Shown: positions 19,670 through 29,261 of the stretch, piece after piece
How the letters are laid out: each line of letters opens with the position of its first letter
Position numbering within the stretch: position 1 is the stretch's first letter
From: a virus
Lineage: Duplodnaviria > Caudoviricetes
IMG/VR virus record: IMGVR_UViG_3300010282_000004
Location: 83,595-147,594 of that record
Length of the DNA stretch: 64,000 nucleotides
Direction: 5' to 3' (one strand)
Made by a program: the position numbers and the translations under genes
The notes under the pieces: generated by a model
Databases searched by the model: none
Told to the model about the DNA's origin: nothing
What the model saw: the letters and a program-made list of their open reading frames with translations, nothing else

Positions 19670-19972
19670 TTAATTTTTTGCCGATGTGCTATTGTGCCAA
19701 AATGCATTACAGTAATCGGATACTGTAAAATGATACTCCTCATATTCAGTTCTCCACTCATACAATAAAACTGCATAGATCATTGCAGAGAATAAATTAA
19801 GCATGCTCAGATCAATTCTATCTTTCATTACATTCCCATATGTAAACTGTAATGATATAATCATTGATACTGTAAAGAACGAAATATGCCAGTAATAACA
19901 TTCAACTTTAGTTTTAAACTTCAGTTTGTTTACAATACTTTTAATTACCTTCATTGGCATCCTCTCTTTCAT
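19670..19972 (-). CDS. small membrane protein
   Basis: two hydrophobic segments. Confidence 0.55.
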   Translation of the reverse strand: MKERMPMKVIKSIVNKLKFKTKVECYYWHISFFTVSMIISLQFTYGNVMKDRIDLSMLNLFSAMIYAVLLYEWRTEYEEYHFTVSDYCNAFWHNSTSAKN

Positions 19973-20123
19973 TAATCCGATTCAACTCGTTTCTAATGTC
20001 TTCAAGTTCCTCAGATATTAACTGTAGTTCTGTTAGGTGCTTGAGGTATGTCAGTGAAAGCATTGGAGCTATCACCAATACAATAACCAACAAACCGAAA
20101 GCACAAGCTGCAATCACTTCCAT
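19941..20123 (-). CDS. small membrane protein
   Basis: N-terminal TM helix; AAGGAG RBS. Confidence 0.6.
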   Translation of the reverse strand: MEVIAACAFGLLVIVLVIAPMLSLTYLKHLTELQLISEELEDIRNELNRINEREDANEGN

Positions 20124-20163
20124 TTTGCTATTCTCCTTTTTAATTGACGTGCATTAATTATTT

Positions 20164-22199
20164 TTAAATTCCTTCATTCACACTTCTTTCCAAACATTTC
20201 TTGAATGCATCATATGCAATCTCAATACCTCTAAGTTCATCATTGTTATTAATCCCGGTGCTACTGAACCTCCCACGACTAAAGTCGTAGGGTTCTCGTT
20301 TCACATATTTCGTAACCTACTTTCTCCACGAGCAGATGCGATAGTTCCTACCGCCATAAATATGTTAATTAAACAATTTTTAAACCTTCATTTAGTATAT
20401 TCGTTGCAGCATTAACATCTCTGTCATGATGAGTACCACAATTAGGACATATCCATTCACGAACACCTAAATCTTTTGTTTCCTTATTTATATATCCACA
20501 ACAACTACAAGTTTGAGAACTTGCATACCATTTGTTTATCTTAACTACTTTCTTTCCGTACCAATCTGCCTTGTACTGAAGTTGTCTTGTAAACTCATAC
20601 CATGATACATCTGAGATTGACTTAGCGAGTTTATGATTCTTGACCATATTACTTACTTGTAAATCTTCAAGGCAGATAATATCATTCTCCTTAATTAAGT
20701 TTGTTGACAACTTCTGTAAGTAGTCTTTTCTTTGGTTCGCAATATGTTCATGTATCATAGCCACTTTAATTCTTGCTTTGTTATAACGATTACTGCCTAT
20801 TGTTTTTCTAGACAATTCTCTTTGTAACTTAACAAGTTTGTTAAATGACTTCTGTAAATACTTAGGATTTTCATATTTCGTACCATCAGATGATATGGCA
20901 AAATCTTTTATTCCTAAATCCAATCCAACACTTTTACCAATTTTAGGTAATTGTTCAATCTCAACATCTGTACAACAGATAGAACAATAATACTTGCCAG
21001 ATGGTTCTTGAGATATAGTTGCATTCACGATTCTTCCTTGAGGAATATGTTTATCTCTTGTTTTAACATATCCAAGTTTAGGTAATTTAATTGCTTTACC
21101 TAAAAATTGTATGTTATTATTTATATAAGAGGTTCTATAAGAGTATCTATGAGTTTTCTTTGACTTAAACTTTGGATATCCAAATCCACTCTTAAAGAAA
21201 TTTTTATATGCCTGTTCCAAGTCTTTTAAAGTGTTTTGTAATGCACATTTATCAGAAATCTGAAGCCATTCATGTTCTTTCTTTAATGAAGTGAGATCCT
21301 TACTACATTGGTTATATCCAAAATTTTCTTTTGTCTCTTCATAGATTTCTATTCTTTTAGCCAAATAGTAGTTATACACAAATCTGCAATTACCAAATGT
21401 TTGTGCTAAAAGTGCTTTTTGTTTTTTGTTAGGATATATACGATATTTATATGCTTTTTCCATATCAATCCAACTTTCTACAAAAATAACAGACTGTTTG
21501 TTACAATATGTTATTCCACGTTTTTTCAAAAACTTTTTCAAAAAAAAACGAAAAAAGTTGAATTTAATTAACATATTTATGGTGGCTGATACTATTGCAT
21601 CAACCTACAACTTTAACCATTTTAGAGGTTGTCGTTCTTTTACGATTCGCTATTTCGTAAACAGTTCTCTAAGGAACACCCCTTACTTTTCAGTAAGGCA
21701 CAGACTATATCTTATCCATGTGTAGTAAAAACTACATTTAGGCGAAACCACTTCGGCATGCTTATGCCTACTCCCCTCAGGAGGGATAGTCGTTGAACGT
21801 TCTCCTATTCGGAGCTTCGCTGCTGATTACCAATTTTTGTAGAAAGCACTTAGGATTTAACCATATGCCATATAATTACTTTTTTCTGCTTTCGCAACAT
21901 TCACACTTAGGCTTATTTCATCCTTATGTTGTAGTGTAATTATCTTTAAGGTATTCCAGCAATTCAGTTTCTTTATTGGACGATTTCTCGCCACTATGCA
22001 CAGATTTCTCTATGCACTAACTATTGTTTTGTCTAACTCATGACTAAAGTCACGAGTGTGCGACAAAATTTCTAATCAAATCAATTTCCTTTGTTACATC
22101 TGACAGAAGTTTGATACAATACTTCTGATTTGATAGCTTACAATACTTTTCAAGTAATGCCTTGAATTCATCAACATCTACTTCATTTTTGTTCAACAT
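20164..22199 (-). CDS. 74-aa hypothetical protein split by the IStron (exon 1 22199-22075, exon 2 20263-20164)
   Basis: joining ...TTGAT|TAGCACC... gives in-frame MLNKNE...[18 protein letters not shown]...VNEGI*. Confidence 0.8.
20264..20370 (-). ncRNA. omegaRNA scaffold / right end of the IStron
   Basis: structured region from the tnpB stop to GGTTCAG; guide would be exon 2 (TAGCACCGGGATTAAT). Confidence 0.6.
20369..21463 (-). CDS. tnpB: RNA-guided endonuclease TnpB
   Basis: [42 protein letters not shown]; RuvC D-E-D intact. Confidence 0.95.
   Translation of the reverse strand: MEKAYKYRIYPNKKQKALLAQTFGNCRFVYNYYLAKRIEIYEETKENFGYNQCSKDLTSLKKEHEWLQISDKCALQNTLKDLEQAYKNFFKSGFGYPKFKSKKTHRYSYRTSYINNNIQFLGKAIKLPKLGYVKTRDKHIPQGRIVNATISQEPSGKYYCSICCTDVEIEQLPKIGKSVGLDLGIKDFAISSDGTKYENPKYLQKSFNKLVKLQRELSRKTIGSNRYNKARIKVAMIHEHIANQRKDYLQKLSTNLIKENDIICLEDLQVSNMVKNHKLAKSISDVSWYEFTRQLQYKADWYGKKVVKINKWYASSQTCSCCGYINKETKDLGVREWICPNCGTHHDRDVNAATNILNEGLKIV
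21690..22074 (-). ncRNA. group I intron catalytic core
   Basis: P GAATTGCTGGAA (21954-21965), Q AATCAGCAG (21820-21828), R GTTCAACGACTA (21787-21798), S AAGATATAGTC (21703-21713). Confidence 0.9.
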
Positions 22200-22212
22200 A
22201 TTATTCTCCCTT

Positions 22213-22539
22213 CTAAATGTAAGCCAACCATTTATCCTTTTGATCAATCTTGATTCCAAATTTTCTTCTTACTCTTTTACGTTTTCTTGTATTCTTTGGT
22301 TCATATTCGTAATAATTGCCCTTGTCCACACTCCATTTGAGAACCTTATGTCCCCTTTTAATATCTGGTATGAAACCATCAAAGACATCACTATAACATT
22401 GTTCAACTGTATACCCACATCTATTACAATATCCATGTCTTTCTACTATTCCATAACATTCTTCAGCATAGTGTTTGTACCTGTATTTATCTGAATTACA
22501 AATTGGACATCTATTTGTCTTTGCCAACATCTTCGTCAT
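22213..22539 (-). CDS. Zn-ribbon hypothetical protein
   Basis: CPIC...CNRC; start trimmed to MTKML. Confidence 0.65.
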   Translation of the reverse strand: MTKMLAKTNRCPICNSDKYRYKHYAEECYGIVERHGYCNRCGYTVEQCYSDVFDGFIPDIKRGHKVLKWSVDKGNYYEYEPKNTRKRKRVRRKFGIKIDQKDKWLAYI

Positions 22540-22636
22540 CCTCACTATCTCCACCTGCCAACAAAGCACCAAGAAATACTCCACATCCAAATGCACATAA
22601 ACACTTCAAAGCTACTTCATAAACTGCAAGTCCCAT
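22511..22636 (-). CDS. 41-aa membrane peptide
   Basis: MGLAVYEVALKCLCAFGCGVFLGALL after AAGGAG. Confidence 0.45.
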   Translation of the reverse strand: MGLAVYEVALKCLCAFGCGVFLGALLAGGDSEDDEDVGKDK

Positions 22637-22662
22637 GTTTTACAACTCTCCTTTCTTTTTAA

Positions 22663-22676
22663 TAGAAAACTTTCTA
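22663..22676. promoter_or_regulatory. remote operator palindrome TAGAAAACTTTCTA
   Basis: matches the boxes at 33595-33781; abuts the AGAGAATAATAT motif. Confidence 0.6.
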
Positions 22677-22760
22677 AGATATTATTCTCTAAAAATAAAA
22701 AAAACAGATCACAATTTTTAAATTGTAACCTGTTTTTGTTTACAAATTAAATTATTTATT

Positions 22761-22949
22761 TTACCTATAACAATAAGCCTTATTTCCACATGTTGGGCAA
22801 GTACATTCTGCCACAATTCCATCGTGCATATAGGCCATCTGATCTGCTGCTTTATACTCTCCGTATTCTGCAATGAAAACACAGCCACACTTATTACATT
22901 CGAATTTTCTTTCAATTAATTTAGTTTCACCCGGTTTAATAATCTTCAT
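22761..22949 (-). CDS. Zn-ribbon protein
   Basis: FECNKCGC...CPTCG. Confidence 0.7.
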   Translation of the reverse strand: MKIIKPGETKLIERKFECNKCGCVFIAEYGEYKAADQMAYMHDGIVAECTCPTCGNKAYCYR

Positions 22950-22953
22950 AACC

Positions 22954-23160
22954 TTACGTCCTTCCTGTTATAAACACAACAAAACTGTAACACGACAACA
23001 CAATAATATGACTGATCGCACAAACCTTAGAATACGTTTTAAGTTCAATCCAAATGTGTGTAAAGAAATAACTCTCTGATGTATTAATTAAATCTTTAAT
23101 AGATGCAATCAGCCATATCATATAAATAATTCCAACTACAATTATAAGTATGTATCTCAT
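22954..23160 (-). CDS. small membrane protein
   Basis: two TM segments. Confidence 0.6.
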   Translation of the reverse strand: MRYILIIVVGIIYMIWLIASIKDLINTSESYFFTHIWIELKTYSKVCAISHIIVLSCYSFVVFITGRT

Positions 23161-23466
23161 TTAATTATCCTCATTATCACTCTCATCATCTTCATTACAA
23201 AAAATATTATTAGAATAAGGCTTAACATCTGCCCAGGCAGAAACACCTGTCATCTCCATGTTATAAAATGGAGTTTCAATATACCATCCCGGTCTTTTTT
23301 TAAATTTAAAATTATATTCATCGACTTCATATAGATTTTTTGAAAAATAATATAGTTCAATAGATGTATCTTTATCACATCCAACTGTTACAAGATATCT
23401 GCCATCCTTATCTGGAAGGCTTTCCGAAACAAGATGCCAATTAATTTCATTCTTCATCATCTTCAT
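23161..23466 (-). CDS. DUF551-like phage protein
   Basis: WHLVSESLP...YLVTV...VSAW. Confidence 0.6.
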   Translation of the reverse strand: MKMMKNEINWHLVSESLPDKDGRYLVTVGCDKDTSIELYYFSKNLYEVDEYNFKFKKRPGWYIETPFYNMEMTGVSAWADVKPYSNNIFCNEDDESDNEDN

Positions 23467-23623
23467 CTATCTCCTCATCTTCATTATCGCAATCATACTC
23501 ATCCCTATCATCAGGATCGTAATCATCATGGTCATCCATATAGGGTCTTTCAGTTAAATTAAACCAATTAATTAACTCCCATCTGTCAATAAGTCCGTGA
23601 TTGTATTCAGCATAAGCACTCAT
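23447..23623 (-). CDS. 58-aa highly acidic protein
   Basis: MSAYAEYNHGL...DDHDDYDPDDRDEYD; RBS GAAAGTGAGG. Confidence 0.55.
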   Translation of the reverse strand: MSAYAEYNHGLIDRWELINWFNLTERPYMDDHDDYDPDDRDEYDCDNEDEEIDEDDEE

Positions 23624-23781
23624 TCTTTAACCTCACTTTCCTGTGATTTAATTTCTGTCTTATATGGGCATTCTTTCTCGTCACAACACCATTCCCACCA
23701 TATATCCTCTATATATGAATTTTCACACGATAAACATGGTTCATCTATTAAACCTTCCTCATCCAAAAACATACGGGCCAT
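23620..23781 (-). CDS. 53-aa Cys-rich protein
   Basis: MARMFLDEEG...PCLSC...WCC...CPY. Confidence 0.55.
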   Translation of the reverse strand: MARMFLDEEGLIDEPCLSCENSYIEDIWWEWCCDEKECPYKTEIKSQESEVKE

Positions 23782-23841
23782 TATTCCTCATCTCCTCTAT
23801 ATTCCCAAAATATACACTCACTTCCATCTTCGTAATTCAAC

Positions 23842-25128
23842 TTGAACCTCTCATGACTAAAGCCACGAGATTCTTGGGAACAGTAGACCAACGTCCACTT
23901 ATTAACCAAGCTAACCCGGCAGTTCCTGCCGTTATATTTTTAACTCTAAGTTACATTCAATATTCTTAATCCTTCGTTTAGAATATTTATTGCTGCATTT
24001 ACATCTCTATCATGATGTGTATTGCAACAAGGGCAAACCCATTCCCTTACAGAAAGATCTTTTGTATCCTTGTTTACATATCCACATACATTACATGTCT
24101 GAGAACTTGCAAAGAACTTATCTACTTTTACAACCTGTTTGCCATACCAATTTGCTTTATATTCAAGTTGCCTTACAAATTCTGACCATGATACATCTGA
24201 AATAGATTGTGCGAGTTTATGATTTTGAATCATATTTTTTATTTGTAAATCTTCAATGCAGACAACATCATTGTATTTTATAATGTTTGTGGACAATTTA
24301 TGTAAAAAGTCCTTTCTTTGATTTGCTATATGTTCTTGTAATCTTGCCACATTTATTCTTGCTTTATTACGGTTTGAACCACCTTTTGTTTTTCGAGATA
24401 ATTCTCTCTGTAATTTAACAAGTTTTTTAAGTGATTGCTTTAAGTAATGAGGATTAGGTATTGACTTCCCATCACTTGTAATACAAAATTCCTTTATTCC
24501 TAAATCAATACCTATTTCACTATTTGTTTTAGGCAATGGCTTATTGTCTACATCAGTACAACATAATGAAACGTAATACTTGCCATTCGGTTCTTGAGAT
24601 ATTGTTGCACTAAGTATTCTTCCCTGTTGGATCAACTTGTTTTTTGTTTTTACCATCCCTAATTTAGGTAATTTAATATACTTATAACAATATTCTATGT
24701 TGTTATTATTACATTTACTTTTATAAGAAAACTTGTGAGTTTTCTTGGTTTTAAACTTAGGGTAACCGGTATGCTCTTTAAAGAATTTTTGATAAGCATT
24801 ATCTAAATCTTTAAGTGATGATTGCAATGCAGTAGCATCAACTTCTTTAAGCCATTCAAGTTCTTTTTTAAGTTGTGTTAAATCACTTGAACATTGATTG
24901 TATGTATAAGATTCTTTATTACTTTTATATCTTTCAATACGTTCTGCAAGATATTTATTGTATACAAATCTACAACAACCAAACGTTTTGGCTATTAAAA
25001 CCTTTTGATTTTTATTTGGATATATTCTATATTTATATGCTTTCTCCACATTGCCACCTCACTTTCTTTTAATATTTATTGTGCCAATTCATTCCATGAC
25101 TGAAGTCACGGGTGTTCTTGGTCTATTT
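23842..25128 (-). mobile_element. TnpB-only IS200/IS605-family (IS1341-type) element
   Basis: follows TTTAT; left-end hairpin CCCGTGACTTCAGTCATGG, right-end hairpin CTCGTGGCTTTAGTCATGAG, ends GGTTCAA. Confidence 0.85.
23946..25049 (-). CDS. tnpB: RNA-guided endonuclease TnpB
   Basis: [26 protein letters not shown]. Confidence 0.95.
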   Translation of the reverse strand: MEKAYKYRIYPNKNQKVLIAKTFGCCRFVYNKYLAERIERYKSNKESYTYNQCSSDLTQLKKELEWLKEVDATALQSSLKDLDNAYQKFFKEHTGYPKFKTKKTHKFSYKSKCNNNNIEYCYKYIKLPKLGMVKTKNKLIQQGRILSATISQEPNGKYYVSLCCTDVDNKPLPKTNSEIGIDLGIKEFCITSDGKSIPNPHYLKQSLKKLVKLQRELSRKTKGGSNRNKARINVARLQEHIANQRKDFLHKLSTNIIKYNDVVCIEDLQIKNMIQNHKLAQSISDVSWSEFVRQLEYKANWYGKQVVKVDKFFASSQTCNVCGYVNKDTKDLSVREWVCPCCNTHHDRDVNAAINILNEGLRILNVT

Positions 25129-25144
25129 ATAAACCTTCATAATA

Positions 25145-25342
25145 TTATTCTCCAATCTTTTCTTCATGTTCTTTATATAACCAATCAATCAACATATCAT
25201 AACAACTCTTACCAATATTTTCTGTGGTAAAACACTGCTGATGGTACGACTCAATTGGGCAACCACTACAATCCATTGAACTGTGTAACTTTGCCAACTT
25301 CTCAGGTGTCATAATTGACATAACATATTCGTAGTTAGTCAT
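25145..25342 (-). CDS. hypothetical protein
   Basis: MTNYE...CSGCP...C...WL. Confidence 0.6.
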   Translation of the reverse strand: MTNYEYVMSIMTPEKLAKLHSSMDCSGCPIESYHQQCFTTENIGKSCYDMLIDWLYKEHEEKIGE

Positions 25343-25523
25343 TCGATTCATCCTCTTTCCCAATAATCTGGTCTTCCCAAACTTCTTCTTGATTATCATA
25401 ACCGACCTTTACTCTGTATCTAATACCTTTGCGAGTAATTGTTATCATAGAGATAGTACCGGTTGCAACACCGTAGTAGCAATTACACAACACTGTATCA
25501 TCTAAATTATATTTAGTTGTCAT
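25335..25523 (-). CDS. small SH3-like hypothetical protein
   Basis: KYNLDDTV...; RBS present. Confidence 0.6.
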   Translation of the reverse strand: MTTKYNLDDTVLCNCYYGVATGTISMITITRKGIRYRVKVGYDNQEEVWEDQIIGKEDESND

Positions 25524-25525
25524 TA

Positions 25526-25747
25526 CTATTCCTCCTGAAATCTTTTATTTATTTCTATTTCTTTCTCTTCCAGAATCTCTTTGATAAATTCTATTTCAGT
25601 TTCTGAAAGTTTTACTAATGCAATCCTATCTTCAGATCCGTTTATAGCATCTTCTAAGGCAATGATCAGGTTGCTTAATGCATCCTTGTATGCTTGTGAG
25701 ATATCATCATAACAAGGCCTTGTATCTAGTAAACTAAAATCATTCAT
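25526..25747 (-). CDS. hypothetical protein
   Basis: 73-aa ORF with RBS. Confidence 0.6.
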   Translation of the reverse strand: MNDFSLLDTRPCYDDISQAYKDALSNLIIALEDAINGSEDRIALVKLSETEIEFIKEILEEKEIEINKRFQEE

Positions 25748-26051
25748 GCCTATACCTCACTTTCCTGTGGCTCTATATCTTCAATTTCCACCGCAGTTCT
25801 TACAGCCATAAGCAAACATTCTAGCATTCGTTTGCCTTCGTCTGACAGATACTTTTCGATACACTCAGCACACATTTCGTATCCGTCAAGATAAGCTTTC
25901 TGTTCGCCTTTTGTTCGTAATGTCATTCCTTATCCTCACTTTCTGACTTACTGTGACAAAATTCATACGCAGGGCATTCTTCTACGCACTCTTCATATTC
26001 CATACACACTTCATTAAGAGTGGGTCTATTATCTTCCAAATACGCTTCCAT

Positions 26052-26333
26052 TTATTCCTCACTTTCTTCCTTTGGTTGCCACTTGTCATTCCAAGAACAA
26101 CATCCACCACATTCATCATCCATTGTTGTTGTGTCATAGCCATTTTCATAATTCCTTCCAAACTTGCAAGTGTTACATTCATGTGGTTCTACACCTTTTT
26201 CCTCATCAGATTCAATAAGTGGCTCTCCGTTAGCAATGATACTTTCAAACCTTGACAAATCCCTAGGAAAATTTTCTTTTCTTTTTAATGCAATCTTGTA
26301 TTCTCTTTCATCAATATCAATCACTAATTTCAT
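26052..26333 (-). CDS. hypothetical modular phage protein
   Basis: MKLVIDIDE...IANGEPL...CNTC; ends ESEE. Confidence 0.6.
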   Translation of the reverse strand: MKLVIDIDEREYKIALKRKENFPRDLSRFESIIANGEPLIESDEEKGVEPHECNTCKFGRNYENGYDTTTMDDECGGCCSWNDKWQPKEESEE

Positions 26334-26540
26334 TCTTATCCTCACTTTCTGCCTTGTACTACTTATTAAACACTTGCTTTAATGAAAAATTCATTGTTCC
26401 ATATTTACTTTTTTTCAAATATTGATATCCATATTCAACTAAAGCACCAATCAATGTGGAACAATAATAATGAAAAGGCTGACCTTGGCAACAAACAATT
26501 ACATCGAACTTTGGATTTTTACATTTTCTTTTTGTCATCC

Positions 26541-27011
26541 CTATTCCTCACTTTCCTGTGGATCAACCATCATCGCATTGCAATTCGGACAATAATTAAT
26601 AAATTGGCTTGAATGTGGGTCATATTCTTTGCTACATTCAGAACATTTACAATGTGGTATGTTTTCCGTGTACCACTCATGTTCTTTTTGTTCATACCAC
26701 CTTACCCAATGCCCTATCTTCTGCGGATTGACGGAAGGTAAAACCTCATAACATTCTTTCAGCAACTCTTTATAGTTTTCGACTGTTCTATCCTCGTCAA
26801 GAACATTATCCATATCATCCAATGTTTCAATCACCGCTTTTCTGCTCACTGCATCTTCGCAAGGCTCTTGCTCTAATGCTTTGATTGCCATTTCCATAGA
26901 TTCTAAATCTTTTTCATCATCTTCGCTTATGTGCTTGGAATCAAAATAAAATGCTCTCATTTCTTGCAATGTATTTGTTAACCTATTTAATGCCTCTTCC
27001 CTTGTAATCAT
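26541..27011 (-). CDS. modular phage protein with C-terminal Zn ribbon
   Basis: MAIKALEQEPCEDAVSR, GHW, CSEC, CPNC. Confidence 0.75.
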   Translation of the reverse strand: MITREEALNRLTNTLQEMRAFYFDSKHISEDDEKDLESMEMAIKALEQEPCEDAVSRKAVIETLDDMDNVLDEDRTVENYKELLKECYEVLPSVNPQKIGHWVRWYEQKEHEWYTENIPHCKCSECSKEYDPHSSQFINYCPNCNAMMVDPQESEE

Positions 27012-27259
27012 TCCACATCACCCCCATACAACAACAAATTGTCTATTGCGATCAGAAATTCGTCTAATGTCATATAATCGTGACCAATTATTTTCTTCTT
27101 TAATGCCCTAAGATATGGCTTAATAACTTTCTTTTCTGTAATAGTTGTCATTGAATCTATTGCCTGCTTTATATCCTTGCCAGAGTATATACATTCATCC
27201 GTTTCTAAATTGAAAACATATTGTATATGTGACTTGTCTATGAATTCTTTGTTTGTCAT
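27008..27259 (-). CDS. hypothetical protein
   Basis: ORF with RBS. Confidence 0.6.
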   Translation of the reverse strand: MTNKEFIDKSHIQYVFNLETDECIYSGKDIKQAIDSMTTITEKKVIKPYLRALKKKIIGHDYMTLDEFLIAIDNLLLYGGDVE

Positions 27260-27280
27260 TCCCTATCTCCTTCCATTCAA

Positions 27281-27724
27281 TTATTTTCCAAAATATACCC
27301 AAAATTTATAATTAGAAATTTTAAGAACCTCAGATTTAAGTTCTTTTATTTTATTGTTGTTGCTGACATATATCTCGATTTCATTTGATACTAGAATATC
27401 AGCACCAAGTTCAGGATATAAAGACACCAATGTGAATGCATCATCATCTGGACTTACTTTGACGACTATATCCTTCTCATATTCCATATATTTATTTACT
27501 GTGTTTGACACCCTTTCTTCAATCAATGCGTTCTCTTCTTCATACATGGCGATCTGTGCCGGAATAACATATTTGCATTGGTGGATCATATATGAGTTAT
27601 ATCCAAATATAAATAGTGCAATCATTACCATTGCTAGTGGTAGTAATGTAATATCACCATCCCAACCTGCCGCTGCAAAGAATATAAACAAAGCAACACT
27701 TATAACAAATATCAATATAGCCAT
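27281..27724 (-). CDS. membrane protein
   Basis: two N-terminal TM helices; LYPEL motif; ends WVYFGK. Confidence 0.7.
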   Translation of the reverse strand: MAILIFVISVALFIFFAAAGWDGDITLLPLAMVMIALFIFGYNSYMIHQCKYVIPAQIAMYEEENALIEERVSNTVNKYMEYEKDIVVKVSPDDDAFTLVSLYPELGADILVSNEIEIYVSNNNKIKELKSEVLKISNYKFWVYFGK

Positions 27725-27726
27725 AA

Positions 27727-27927
27727 TTATTTTTCTCCTTTCAATGCCTTATCCATTTTATGTTCTTCAATAATTTCTTTCAAAAATTTACAACAGTCTT
27801 CACAAACATTTCCATGAATATCATTTCCAAATCCATTTTTTGATTCAATAATATTTCCACATATACAACATGGAATTCCTATTTTAAAGTTTGCTATTTC
27901 ATCTATATTCATTCTTAAAGTACCCAT
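27727..27927 (-). CDS. Zn-finger small protein
   Basis: CCICG...VCEDC. Confidence 0.6.
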   Translation of the reverse strand: MGTLRMNIDEIANFKIGIPCCICGNIIESKNGFGNDIHGNVCEDCCKFLKEIIEEHKMDKALKGEK

Positions 27928-27929
27928 AT

Positions 27930-28304
27930 CTAGTCCCCACTTTCTGCCTTGTATTTGTCGATAATATCGATAATAACTTCAAGTATAATATCCTTGCTTA
28001 CCATATTGAACAATAGATTGTTTTTTGTTTCCTTTATCTCGGATCTTATCTCGTCAAGTATACCTGTTTTTGTCTTCTGAGGATTGACTGATGGTAAACA
28101 ATCCTCAACAAATTCTGTTACAGTCATATCTGGAGCATGAAATCCATAATAAATCATTTGCTCTTTTACTGACTGTCTACTCACTGCATCTTCGCATGTC
28201 TCTTTTACTGAAGGTTTGGCAGCTGCAACTCCGTCTTTATATCCAGTGTGATATATCTCAGCTACCAATTTATTTTTATCCTCGTCAAATATAATTCTTG
28301 CCAT
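27930..28304 (-). CDS. modular phage protein
   Basis: CEDAVSR, LPSVNPQK, IIDKYKAES modules. Confidence 0.7.
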   Translation of the reverse strand: MARIIFDEDKNKLVAEIYHTGYKDGVAAAKPSVKETCEDAVSRQSVKEQMIYYGFHAPDMTVTEFVEDCLPSVNPQKTKTGILDEIRSEIKETKNNLLFNMVSKDIILEVIIDIIDKYKAESGD

Positions 28305-28310
28305 TATTCC

Positions 28311-28673
28311 TTATACCTCACTTTCTACTTTGTACTTGTCTAAAATATCAATGCACCTTTCCATCCCGTATCTGAAATCATCTTGTGGAATACTGTCTAA
28401 AACATCTTCACAATCCTGTCCTAAATACTCTACTTTGTATCTTTCAAAATCAGCATAAGCACATTCTTTTTCCTCAAGTATTTCTGCTCTTATCTTATCA
28501 AGAACATCTTCCTTCTCTAATGCTTTGATTGCCATGTCATAAAATGATTTTTCTATGAGTGTGGCTATGTATTCATTAGAATTTTTAGGACAATTTTTTA
28601 AATGATTATCACAAAAAATCCTACGACGAAGCTTAAAAAATCCTATCGCCAATCCTCTTTCTTCTCTTGTCAT
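28311..28673 (-). CDS. modular phage protein
   Basis: MAIKALE, LDKIRAEI, ILDKYKVESE modules. Confidence 0.7.
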   Translation of the reverse strand: MTREERGLAIGFFKLRRRIFCDNHLKNCPKNSNEYIATLIEKSFYDMAIKALEKEDVLDKIRAEILEEKECAYADFERYKVEYLGQDCEDVLDSIPQDDFRYGMERCIDILDKYKVESEV

Positions 28674-28873
28674 TCTTCTGTACCTTCTTCCATTCTCACT
28701 ACCGAAAATGTTACTTCCGTATTAAGTTTTAGATTCAAATGAGGAAATTCCAATATAAACGATAAACAATCCGTATTATCATTAGCGCATATATCTAACA
28801 GATTAGCCATATCTTTCATGAAACCCTCACTAAATTCATAATCTATTTCTTTACGTTCAAATTCTTCGTTCAT
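28670..28873 (-). CDS. hypothetical protein
   Basis: translationally coupled ORF. Confidence 0.6.
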   Translation of the reverse strand: MNEEFERKEIDYEFSEGFMKDMANLLDICANDNTDCLSFILEFPHLNLKLNTEVTFSVVRMEEGTEE

Positions 28874-29046
28874 TCTGCACCTTCTTTCGGTTCAAACTTT
28901 GGTTTGTAAATATAAATCAAATCAAAATCTTCAATATATTCTATTAAAGTCGCATCTTCATGTTCCGTTCTATGTTCTGTTCTAACAAACACATCTGCAT
29001 CTTGTGGCATTTGTTGTAGTTTATTAATCCATTCTTTTACTGTCAT
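28870..29046 (-). CDS. hypothetical protein
   Basis: MTVKEWINKLQQMPQDADV after GAGGTG. Confidence 0.6.
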   Translation of the reverse strand: MTVKEWINKLQQMPQDADVFVRTEHRTEHEDATLIEYIEDFDLIYIYKPKFEPKEGAE

Positions 29047-29063
29047 TCCGCACCACCTCTTAT

Positions 29064-29261
29064 CTAAATTTTGTTTAACGTATGCAATCTTTCCAAATCG
29101 TAAATAGAAAAGCAATGACTATTTGTTTCATATACTGTTCCATTGTCTAAGACTATTTTAATGGAATCATCTGGAAATTCATCTATGCTTACTATATGGT
29201 TTGGATTTACTTGGTGAATAGTTACTTCGTTACCTTCGTATTCATAAAATTTAATCATCAT
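29064..29261 (-). CDS. hypothetical protein
   Basis: VNPNHIVSI motif. Confidence 0.55.
   Translation of the reverse strand: MMIKFYEYEGNEVTIHQVNPNHIVSIDEFPDDSIKIVLDNGTVYETNSHCFSIYDLERLHTLNKI

Larger units (their letters stand above)
20264..22074 (-). mobile_element. IStron (group I intron fused to an IS605-family TnpB element), non-autonomous
   Basis: inserted after TTGAT; subterminal hairpins CTCGTGACTTTAGTCATGAG and CCCTACGACTTTAGTCGTGGG; ends in TCAG (omega-G); no tnpA. Confidence 0.9.

Noticed and set aside
21464-21574. N-terminal extension of the IStron TnpB in the ORF track
   Set aside because: The paralog starts at MEKAYKY; the extension lies in intron/UTR sequence
26359-26361. TAG read-through or alternative genetic code
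   Set aside because: All long genes are intact under code 11 and many end in TAG; better explained as a leftover cassette end
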